From a virus: a stretch of DNA of 64,000 nucleotides. The DNA lies in the IMG/VR virus record IMGVR_UViG_3300027741_000002, positions 1 to 64,000 of that record, one strand, 5' to 3'. Positions within the stretch are counted from its first letter, which is position 1. Every line of letters starts with the position of its first letter. Both the position numbers and the translations under genes were made by a program. The notes beneath the pieces are model-generated. The model saw only the letters and a program-made list of their open reading frames with translations. It searched no databases and was not told the origin of the DNA. Below, in pieces: positions 33,650 through 41,235 of this stretch.

Positions 33650-33809
33650 CTATTTCCTTAAAAAGCGATGTTGTAAGAATTTTTGACACTAAGTGTAGTG
33701 CCTCCTTCTTGCTAAAACCCGCGGACTTAAGCTCAATGTACATCTCGTGCAATTGAACTGTTGCCTCTCGAAGCGGACTTTGATCAAACCCCTCTAGTTC
33801 CTTACTCAC
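33642..33809 (-). CDS. Small hypothetical protein
   Basis: GTG at 33809 with AGGAG SD; HEMY..L..AGF...EAL pattern common in phages. Confidence 0.6.
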   Translation of the reverse strand: MSKELEGFDQSPLREATVQLHEMYIELKSAGFSKKEALHLVSKILTTSLFKEIDE

Positions 33810-34845
33810 TGCGTTCTCCTTTCTGGTTTGCCCATAGCCGATCACATTTGTTTATATATTTATTTGTAATTGAGACTGCAAACTCTATTGCCTCAGATGA
33901 TATTCTGTACATCACATTATGGTGTTCTGGAGCAAGTATTTTCCCCCAGTAAGGAACCAGCTTATCAACTAGAGGCTTAAAGCTGTCAGAGAACGAGTTG
34001 TCACGAACAAGAAGAGGGTTGTCATCTCCAGGCTTCATCTGAAGTCTATCCCACATCTGTGCGATATCTTCTTCTGGTGTTATTGTTTTTGCGAATACTC
34101 TATTTGCAAAGTTGTTGTTAATTCTTTCGTGTACTTCCTTACGCGCCTTAAACCTCTTAAGACTTGTGTAAGGTAGATGACATATTAACCAATCTTCCTT
34201 ATTAGACGCGGCAACAGTTGTATCCCATAACTCCCAGAACTTGCCGTCGCCATATTTAAGTTGATGCTGTCCTGCATCAACAAAGTCACCGGAGTTGTTT
34301 TTTACCAGGATCTTTGAGGGAACCCTAAACTCGTGAAGAAGTTTCTCGTTTCTCTTAACCTGCTCGTGGAACTCGTCACGATCTCCTACGTGATTTACAG
34401 ACGTCACATAGTGATCTACAAGCTGGTAATCATCTAGTCTAGTGTCAATAAATCCTGCAGGTACTATGTAGTTTTCTAGCTGCATAGCTATGGCATTCCA
34501 TTTTTCACCTAGATTAGATAAAAGATCCTCTATATCTTTGTCGGTAGGGCTAACTAAAAACTCGTCCGCGTCGAAGATAAAGTTCCAGTCAGGATTTTCT
34601 TGATTACTGATATGTAGAAGAATATTAGTTAAGGCTTCCTGGTCAAATAGGTTATCCTCATATCTAAATACCTCTATCTGATCCGGCCAAACCTTTTGCA
34701 GCTCGGCAAGACCATTTTTTGTGTCGTCGGTGCTGGAGTGGTCAATAACAAAAACTTTATCAACATGGTAAAAAAGCGCATGTGAGATAGAGAGACCCAA
34801 CAAAGGCCACTCGTTTCTTGCTACGACTACTCCATGAATTTTCAT
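33802..34845 (-). CDS. Glycosyltransferase family 2-like (GT-A)
   Basis: RNE, IDHSSTD.T, FDQ, FDADEF (DxD), K...G.H and H.P motifs. Confidence 0.82.
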   Translation of the reverse strand: MKIHGVVVARNEWPLLGLSISHALFYHVDKVFVIDHSSTDDTKNGLAELQKVWPDQIEVFRYEDNLFDQEALTNILLHISNQENPDWNFIFDADEFLVSPTDKDIEDLLSNLGEKWNAIAMQLENYIVPAGFIDTRLDDYQLVDHYVTSVNHVGDRDEFHEQVKRNEKLLHEFRVPSKILVKNNSGDFVDAGQHQLKYGDGKFWELWDTTVAASNKEDWLICHLPYTSLKRFKARKEVHERINNNFANRVFAKTITPEEDIAQMWDRLQMKPGDDNPLLVRDNSFSDSFKPLVDKLVPYWGKILAPEHHNVMYRISSEAIEFAVSITNKYINKCDRLWANQKGERSE

Positions 34846-35693
34846 TTTTTATTGACTGCCTTAATCATGGCGTTTGCATACCACTGCTCGAAATGGTGAA
34901 GGCCGTACAGAAGAGCTTTTTCCTCGTGATGAATTGCTGCAGTTAGTGCGTCCATGGCAAAGTTTGAAACTTCTCCCCAAGAGTTGCCCACTATCGCAGG
35001 GATCTTTTCGTACGGAACGTACGTATGCTTTAGACTTTCTGCAGAGTCGTAGTGTTGCTCGTAGATATGAAGAGATCCGACGTGATGGTGATACGTTCCT
35101 GGCTCGATGCCCAGGATAGATGCTATAGCAAGTTGAACGCGGGTAAACTGGAAGAAGTCATACGCCGCTCCTAGCCATACGTCATTTGAACGCATGTACA
35201 CGCTCATGTTAAGTTTGTTGTTGCGAATTCTAAATTGATGCAGGATAGTGCACGGGTAATCTCGCTTATTTGCAAGAAGATCTAGCTCCGGATTCCAAAT
35301 CGTAACGACCGCCTGTCGTGTATCTGGGTCTGCCTTAAGTCTTTCAACTATAGGAGCATACTGTGACTGTGTGCGAATTCCATATGCTCCGTGAAATAGT
35401 CCGTTGTCCTCGGTATAGTTAGCAAACTGTGGGCCGATGGCAATAACAAGTTTAGGTGTGCTTGCACCTGCGATAAGCTGGCAAGCCTCAACCGCACCGA
35501 TACCTGGAACAGTTCCACGTCCTACACCTAAAGGTAAGGTGTTATACACGTCTTCAATGCGAATAATCGCATCCTCAATCTCGCGGGTCTTCATACCGCG
35601 AGGAGCTGCCTCCTTGCCATACTTAAGAACGTGCTGAACAAGGTCAACGTATCCGTTAACTCCGTCAGGTATATTGATTATCGCAGTATCCAT
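34842..35693 (-). CDS. Thymidylate-synthase-superfamily enzyme of the dCMP hydroxymethylase type
   Basis: PRG..T, YG.R, D.DTRQAV, PCT, MRSND.WLG..YD (Asp at the ThyA Asn177 position) and GSLHIY. Confidence 0.85.
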   Translation of the reverse strand: MDTAIINIPDGVNGYVDLVQHVLKYGKEAAPRGMKTREIEDAIIRIEDVYNTLPLGVGRGTVPGIGAVEACQLIAGASTPKLVIAIGPQFANYTEDNGLFHGAYGIRTQSQYAPIVERLKADPDTRQAVVTIWNPELDLLANKRDYPCTILHQFRIRNNKLNMSVYMRSNDVWLGAAYDFFQFTRVQLAIASILGIEPGTYHHHVGSLHIYEQHYDSAESLKHTYVPYEKIPAIVGNSWGEVSNFAMDALTAAIHHEEKALLYGLHHFEQWYANAMIKAVNKK

Positions 35694-36694
35694 TGATCAT
35701 CCCTATCTTTTTTGTTAGATAAACGTGTAATAGCTTCGCCGTACTCTTCTTTTCTTGAGTTAAAGAACCGTCGCACATATTGCGGGTGAGATGTAACGGT
35801 ATACATGTAGTCTGGAATGTTTGCGTTACGTAACCCGCGCTCTGCAAGACGCCCTAGTGCAAGTATAGGAGGTCTGCGTAGAGTAGCCCACAGATCATCA
35901 AAACGCTCTGCGGACATGTCATTGATGTTGACAATACCCATCGTCTTCCATGCGTCAGACTCTAGCGCGGTAAGTAGAAATTCGCCAGAGTTTCCATCAA
36001 CAGGCATAAATGGCAGGATAGTTTCCTCGCCGTATTTCTTAGTGATGTTTCTTGTATCTCCTACAAGTAACACGCGTGGAAATCTTTGTCCGATGTACTC
36101 TGGAAATTTTACCAGTGCCCTTGCGTCCTCCTGAAATACCTCGGCGCGACTGATTACATGCGAGGCAAGTTTTGGTATCTCTTCAATTGAATCAGGGGAG
36201 GGTGTTAGACGCGCGGCAAGTCCTGCAGAGTTTGCAGCAGCGGTATGATACAGCTCTAAGATTTGTTCGAGCTCATTTGCCTGTATGTAATCGTCACCGC
36301 GAGTGTTAAGACGACGAGTAATAACATCAAGAGGTTGATACAACCAAAATTGAGCTACACCGCGGGATTTAAGAAAGAGCTCTGTCCAACGCCACCCTGC
36401 AACACCAAGTAAACCGTATCCGTCGCCAGAACCAGTCTCAGGACGTTTAACAGCGGCATATGTTACCTCGCCCCAGTGCCAACGGTCTGCAACCGCAATA
36501 CGTTGAGACCAATCTACCTTTTCAATAGACGTAACGTAGTCGTATAAAACCCATCGACGCGACATCTCTTCTGGCTTAGACTTATGGTAGAACTCGATTT
36601 CCTGCTTAGGAAATTTGTCAGTAAGTTGTTTTTGTATCTCAGACACAAGGGTAGATTTACCTGAGGCGTCTGTACCTTCAACTACTATAAACAT
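35678..36694 (-). CDS. dNMP (thymidylate-kinase-like) kinase fused to a uracil-DNA-glycosylase-like domain
   Basis: N-terminal IVVEGTDASGKST, DRW..GE..Y, RL..RGD. C-terminal YIG...VLLVGD...PF...GNSG.FL...N...ALG..A...HPQY. Confidence 0.75.
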   Translation of the reverse strand: MFIVVEGTDASGKSTLVSEIQKQLTDKFPKQEIEFYHKSKPEEMSRRWVLYDYVTSIEKVDWSQRIAVADRWHWGEVTYAAVKRPETGSGDGYGLLGVAGWRWTELFLKSRGVAQFWLYQPLDVITRRLNTRGDDYIQANELEQILELYHTAAANSAGLAARLTPSPDSIEEIPKLASHVISRAEVFQEDARALVKFPEYIGQRFPRVLLVGDTRNITKKYGEETILPFMPVDGNSGEFLLTALESDAWKTMGIVNINDMSAERFDDLWATLRRPPILALGRLAERGLRNANIPDYMYTVTSHPQYVRRFFNSRKEEYGEAITRLSNKKDRDDQWILR

Positions 36695-36708
36695 TCACTA
36701 CGTCCTTT

Positions 36709-36729
36709 GTCTCTAAGAAAATTATAACA
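36709..36729 (-). promoter_or_regulatory. Extended -10 promoter for the nucleotide-modification/replication operon
   Basis: TG-T-TATAAT-N6-AGAGAC, then AAGGA SD upstream of the ATG at 36694. Confidence 0.7.
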
Positions 36730-36741
36730 CTAAATAGTTGT

Positions 36742-37212
36742 TTAAGGAATAAGCTCTATCCTATACACCGACTCAATTCCACGGTCAATATCAGACGCGT
36801 CCTCTAAAAGTCTCTGGGCAACATTGGTAAGGTATCGTGCGCCGCCTTGGTCGTATTTATATAACGCATCTAAGACAGGAGTTGGCTCCTCGGATACCTG
36901 TGCCCAATAGCGATGCTTCTCCGGAAAGATAATCGCAACACTACGTGTAGGACGACACTCCTCGCAGGGAAGAGAATCATCTACCAACGTAGAGATAGGC
37001 ATTTCCGTAAGAGCGTATCTTTTTACCAACGGGCATGCAGCTCCGTGGAAGATTAGGGATATGCCTATACGAGAAAGAATATACGAGCCGTTATCCGTTT
37101 TATATAGCTTAAACTCGATCCAGCGATACGTCCCTGGTCGCCAGGAAGATGATTCAGCAAGAAGCTTACCGCTAAACTGCAGCGTGCGTGACCCATCTTT
37201 TACTTCATGCAC
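36742..37212 (-). CDS. Hypothetical protein
   Basis: 156-aa ORF with H..C and CxxC residues. Confidence 0.6.
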   Translation of the reverse strand: MHEVKDGSRTLQFSGKLLAESSSWRPGTYRWIEFKLYKTDNGSYILSRIGISLIFHGAACPLVKRYALTEMPISTLVDDSLPCEECRPTRSVAIIFPEKHRYWAQVSEEPTPVLDALYKYDQGGARYLTNVAQRLLEDASDIDRGIESVYRIELIP

Positions 37213-37390
37213 TAGTTATCTCTTCTCGTCGTTCGTCTTGTGTTTGATTAACTATATCATTAACGTTCATTATTTGCGTTAAATCTGCACGCAAAGATGC
37301 GATAGTTCCTTCGTACTGCGAGGTGATCTCGCCGATACGCTGTTGAAGTGCAATAATCATAAGTTCGTGTTTTGTCTTTGGCGTCTCCAT
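37205..37390 (-). CDS. Small coiled-coil protein, probably leaderless
   Basis: TAATAT, 6 nt, then ATG, with no SD; helical heptad pattern. Confidence 0.55.
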   Translation of the reverse strand: METPKTKHELMIIALQQRIGEITSQYEGTIASLRADLTQIMNVNDIVNQTQDERREEITSA

Positions 37391-37399
37391 GGAGGTATA

Positions 37400-37624
37400 T
37401 TACTCTGACTCTATGGATGTGTATTGAGCCTCGAGCGCGGCTATTTGAACATTGTAGTTCCCAATTACCTTGTTTGCACTGGCCACTATTGAGGCTTCAG
37501 GTGCATCTAGGGCATTTTGCTCGATAAGGTTTAACTCGGCGTTAAACTTATCAACTTTTATTCCTCGAATACGAGAAGCAACTATAGTTAATTTTTGCTC
37601 CTTAGTTATATCTTTATCTGACAT
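37400..37624 (-). CDS. Small helical protein (paralogue of 37668..37889)
   Basis: MSD.....QK..I...I..IK...F..EL...E...IG.Y..QI..LE pattern shared with its neighbour. Confidence 0.6.
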   Translation of the reverse strand: MSDKDITKEQKLTIVASRIRGIKVDKFNAELNLIEQNALDAPEASIVASANKVIGNYNVQIAALEAQYTSIESE

Positions 37625-37667
37625 TTTCTTCCATTTCTATTGTAGTTATTTATTTTATTTTTAGTAT

Positions 37668-37889
37668 TTATACTGCCAAATTAGACTTTAAAGATTCTAA
37701 AGTGCTAATCTGTAAGCTGTAATCTCCGATTATTCTAGTTATATTCGTGTGTATTTCATTATCTACACTTCCTATAGTCTCTAACTCTACTTTTCTGAGT
37801 TCATGACTGTACTGCTCAGCCTTAAGTTCCATAATATGGGCGTTAATTATTGCTATTTTTTGATCATTATTAAGTTCTATATCTGACAC
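37668..37889 (-). CDS. Small helical protein, possible fibre chaperone
   Basis: AAGGAG SD; paralogue of 37400..37624; follows the receptor-binding-like gene. Confidence 0.6.
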   Translation of the reverse strand: MSDIELNNDQKIAIINAHIMELKAEQYSHELRKVELETIGSVDNEIHTNITRIIGDYSLQISTLESLKSNLAV

Positions 37890-37938
37890 GATTGCTCCTT
37901 TTCTTTTTTATATTCTCTAGTATATGGTGTAGTTGTTA

Positions 37939-39822
37939 TTATACGCTTTGTGAGAATCCAGATGTGTATGTTTGTCCATTAGTTCCTAATATTGTTGCTT
38001 GGTAGCTTCCCCACCTGCTAGCGGTAGTTGTTGGAGTATCTCCGTCTGTTGTTCCTATTCTATAGTTCCACGGTATACCGTTAATATTTCTAGAGCTAGT
38101 TGTATAGGACCTAGTGCCACTTGCAATGATAGTTCCAGTAGAGCTTCCAGAACGAATTCTCCACGGGTAGCTAGGGTTTCCAGACGTACTTCCACTCCAA
38201 TAGGCGTTATCCCATCCCCAGTTAAACGTAGATCCAGACCTAAAGAAATACGGAGGATTAGTGTTTAATGATATAGACGGTGTAACAAAAGAGGACGCGG
38301 TAATAAATCCGACGCTAGCACTTGCCGTGTCATTAGTGATAGACGTTAAAGTCACCGTAATATTGTAAAAAGTACTTGCAGATAGACCGCCTAAAGATAC
38401 TGACGTGGCAGTAGTACCGGTTAAAAATACCGGCCCTCCGCTTATGCTATATGTGTCTTGATTTGTAGATGACCAAGAAATTGTTGCGCTACTAGTTGTT
38501 ATTGAAGTTGCATTAAGTCCGCTTATAGTAGGAATAATTGGTGCCTGAGTTACAGTAAAAGAGAATGGAGAACTCCAATCACTAAATGTTGAACTAGGAA
38601 CGGTATCACCACTAGGAACGGTGCTTCCATCATTTACAGCAACAGATCTGACATACGCATACCAAGTGCCAGCGCTAGTAGGTCCAGAACTATCTGTTAC
38701 AGGACTAGATGCCCCAAAACCGTCTGGTGTAAATGAAGGACTTGGTGTTGATGTAGTAGATTGCCACCAAATTTGATAGTAAGGTCCCGAGCCACCAGAA
38801 AAATAAACGGATACAGGCTGTGAATTAGAGTTTCCAGCGGACACAAAAGAAATACTTGGAGGAGTCAGTACGGACGTAGTAGAAAATGTAACACTTCCAT
38901 AGTTAATTCCAGTAAAATAGTAGTTGTTTGCTCTCACTAAAACCGTGTACGAGGTGCCACCTGAGAGACCGGTAATATTGGCAGAGGTGTTTGCTCCTGT
39001 AGATGTCCAGCTTGCTCCTCCGTTTGTAGAGTAGTCATAGCTTTGAATCGCGGACATTCCTGTACTTTCTCTAACAGGAGCTGTCCAAGACACAGTGGCA
39101 GAAGTTCCGGTAATGCTAGAAGCGGTAACTGAGGTTGGTGCCTGGGAAGATGAACCTTGATCTGCAAGTACACTAAAGTATCCGTCATCGTTAGATCCGG
39201 AGGTAACAGACGACGAGGCAAGCCACACCGGATGAGTTGACGTACCAAACTCTGTAAACGATGTAGCAAATGCATTTGTAGTTCCAAAATAAACCCTATA
39301 CTCCGCACCGACAGTTCTGCTGGTAGTAATCGTACTATTGCCAGTTCGTGAGCCGTCAATATAGTATGCGGTGGCAGCGTATGTGGAAGAAGGAAAAGAA
39401 ACTAATTTAATTAACGCATAGTCTTGTCCGTTAATAAAATGAACCTCGTACTGGATTTCAAAATCAGTCCCGCCTGAGAAACGTTTTCCACGCCAAAAAA
39501 CGTAAAATCTTGTGTCACTTGAGGCCCAACGTACAGAGTTCATCACGAGGTCCGCTGGAAGTATGCCTAGTACACGACCTACAGTATCTGATATACTTAT
39601 AGCAGACTGTCCCGAATCAAGTGCGATATAGCCGTTTGTTCCAATATGCAACGTGCTCCCGAAAGAGAAAGTGCTGGACAGCCCAGTTCCTGGCCAAACT
39701 TGAGTCCAACCTGTTGTTTTTTTAATATAAGCTGCAGAGGCAGAAACCCAGCCGGTAGTTTTCTTAAAGTGTACACCTGTGGCAGCGACCCAACCGGTGG
39801 TTTTCTTAAAGTGTACTGTCAT
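37939..39822 (-). CDS. Tail fibre / receptor-binding-like protein with FN3 domains
   Basis: N-terminal (VHF/YI)KKTTGW x3; FN3 signatures (ATVSWTAP...ITGLSGGTSYTVLVRA; LSASTFYNITV); Ser/Thr-rich. Confidence 0.72.
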   Translation of the reverse strand: MTVHFKKTTGWVAATGVHFKKTTGWVSASAAYIKKTTGWTQVWPGTGLSSTFSFGSTLHIGTNGYIALDSGQSAISISDTVGRVLGILPADLVMNSVRWASSDTRFYVFWRGKRFSGGTDFEIQYEVHFINGQDYALIKLVSFPSSTYAATAYYIDGSRTGNSTITTSRTVGAEYRVYFGTTNAFATSFTEFGTSTHPVWLASSSVTSGSNDDGYFSVLADQGSSSQAPTSVTASSITGTSATVSWTAPVRESTGMSAIQSYDYSTNGGASWTSTGANTSANITGLSGGTSYTVLVRANNYYFTGINYGSVTFSTTSVLTPPSISFVSAGNSNSQPVSVYFSGGSGPYYQIWWQSTTSTPSPSFTPDGFGASSPVTDSSGPTSAGTWYAYVRSVAVNDGSTVPSGDTVPSSTFSDWSSPFSFTVTQAPIIPTISGLNATSITTSSATISWSSTNQDTYSISGGPVFLTGTTATSVSLGGLSASTFYNITVTLTSITNDTASASVGFITASSFVTPSISLNTNPPYFFRSGSTFNWGWDNAYWSGSTSGNPSYPWRIRSGSSTGTIIASGTRSYTTSSRNINGIPWNYRIGTTDGDTPTTTASRWGSYQATILGTNGQTYTSGFSQSV

Positions 39823-39831
39823 AGTGTATAA

Positions 39832-41235
39832 CTACCCTCTAAGCCAAACGTCACCGGCAACACCGTCGTATACCGTAGGAGCAGCGGTATTAAAATATAT
39901 ATTTCTTATAGATACAGAATTGTTTGATGAATCTGAGCTATAGTTACCAAACTGATATAGTTGAAATGTCCCTGGTGAAACTCCAGTACCTAATTGAATT
40001 GACATATTAGTTGCGCCAATCTCCATGTATGACGTGCCACTTGTGCCTTGATTCATTTTTATAAATGGATATGAAGCAAAAATACCGTAGGTTGTTGCCG
40101 CTGGCCTCATAAAAAGACTTGCAGTTTCTACAAGGGTGTCTTGAAGTGTTATAGACTCTATGCCGTTAGATATTTCTCCAGGATTTGGAAATGAAGCGGA
40201 GGAAGAATAGAAGCTAATTGTATTTGCTTGACTAGACGACATCACTATTCTGTCAGTGCTTCCGCTTGTACTTAAGTTTAGTGATCCTCCATTGATCGTT
40301 CCTCCGTTAATGGTTGGCGATGTAATGGATACTGATGCCATAACTGTGCCTGCAGTAATTTGATTTGCGTTAATCTGACCTGTATAAATTGTTCCCGTGC
40401 GGAGAGTGCCTGCGGTTAGAACATTTACGTCAAGCGTGTTTGCTTGGATGCGACTGGCGGATATAAAACCTGATGTAATTTTTGCCGCGTCAAGATTAGC
40501 AATCACAGCGTTAGCAAGAGTGTTAGCTACCCAGGCGGTTCCATTGAATGTGTACTGAGCTAGCACCTCTGAGGCGACATCTGTGCTCGCCATCTTCCAC
40601 CAAAGATCACCATTTTTATATGCTATGCCTCCGCTGTCAGAGGTGCCAGATGCGTCTGCAGTAGAACGAATAATTCTATTTTTACCATTAGCTGTATTTG
40701 TAGCGGCAGTTGCTGCCTGCGCTGCCGCAGTAATTGCGGTGTCTTGAATATTAGTCCAAGCGGTGCCGCTCCACACATACAACTTGTTGCCGTCATCCGT
40801 GTCGTACCAGATGTCGTTTGTCTTTAGACTTGCGCCAGAAGGTGCGGTAGTCTGTGCATATATTGTATTTTTTCCATCAGCGGTTAGCTGAGCGTTTGCA
40901 TCTGTGACAGGGACAAAATCATTAAGTGTTGCACTGTACACATTTGTTGCACCGTCATCTGGATTTACCCAGGTAAAACCTTCTTTTAGATATTCTGTTG
41001 GCTGCGTTGGTGAGACAACGGTAGTGCCAAACGCTGCCTCGTTAGGAGTAATAGCATCAGCTGCAACTGTTTTTGTAGTTACCGCGCGAAAGCCAAGTTT
41101 CTCAGTTGTTACAACGTTTGCTTTAAGACGTTTTGGTGAAGGATTTTTTTCAATCTTTCTAACACGACTTTCAACGCTAACTATAATCTTGCCGATTCCT
41201 TGACGGCGTCTTCTTCTACTGACCACGCTTATCAA
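39832..41235 (-). CDS. Minor tail / tail-tip protein
   Basis: ADGKNTIY...P...DIWYDTDDGNKLYVWSGTAW, I.A.KITSG.I.A..I repeats and GDVW end; follows the hub gene. Confidence 0.75.
   Translation of the reverse strand: MISVVSRRRRRQGIGKIIVSVESRVRKIEKNPSPKRLKANVVTTEKLGFRAVTTKTVAADAITPNEAAFGTTVVSPTQPTEYLKEGFTWVNPDDGATNVYSATLNDFVPVTDANAQLTADGKNTIYAQTTAPSGASLKTNDIWYDTDDGNKLYVWSGTAWTNIQDTAITAAAQAATAATNTANGKNRIIRSTADASGTSDSGGIAYKNGDLWWKMASTDVASEVLAQYTFNGTAWVANTLANAVIANLDAAKITSGFISASRIQANTLDVNVLTAGTLRTGTIYTGQINANQITAGTVMASVSITSPTINGGTINGGSLNLSTSGSTDRIVMSSSQANTISFYSSSASFPNPGEISNGIESITLQDTLVETASLFMRPAATTYGIFASYPFIKMNQGTSGTSYMEIGATNMSIQLGTGVSPGTFQLYQFGNYSSDSSNNSVSIRNIYFNTAAPTVYDGVAGDVWLRG

Noticed and set aside
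34842-35693. Plain thymidylate synthase (thyA) call
   Set aside because: Asp replaces the dUMP-specifying Asn, so the symbol was withheld.
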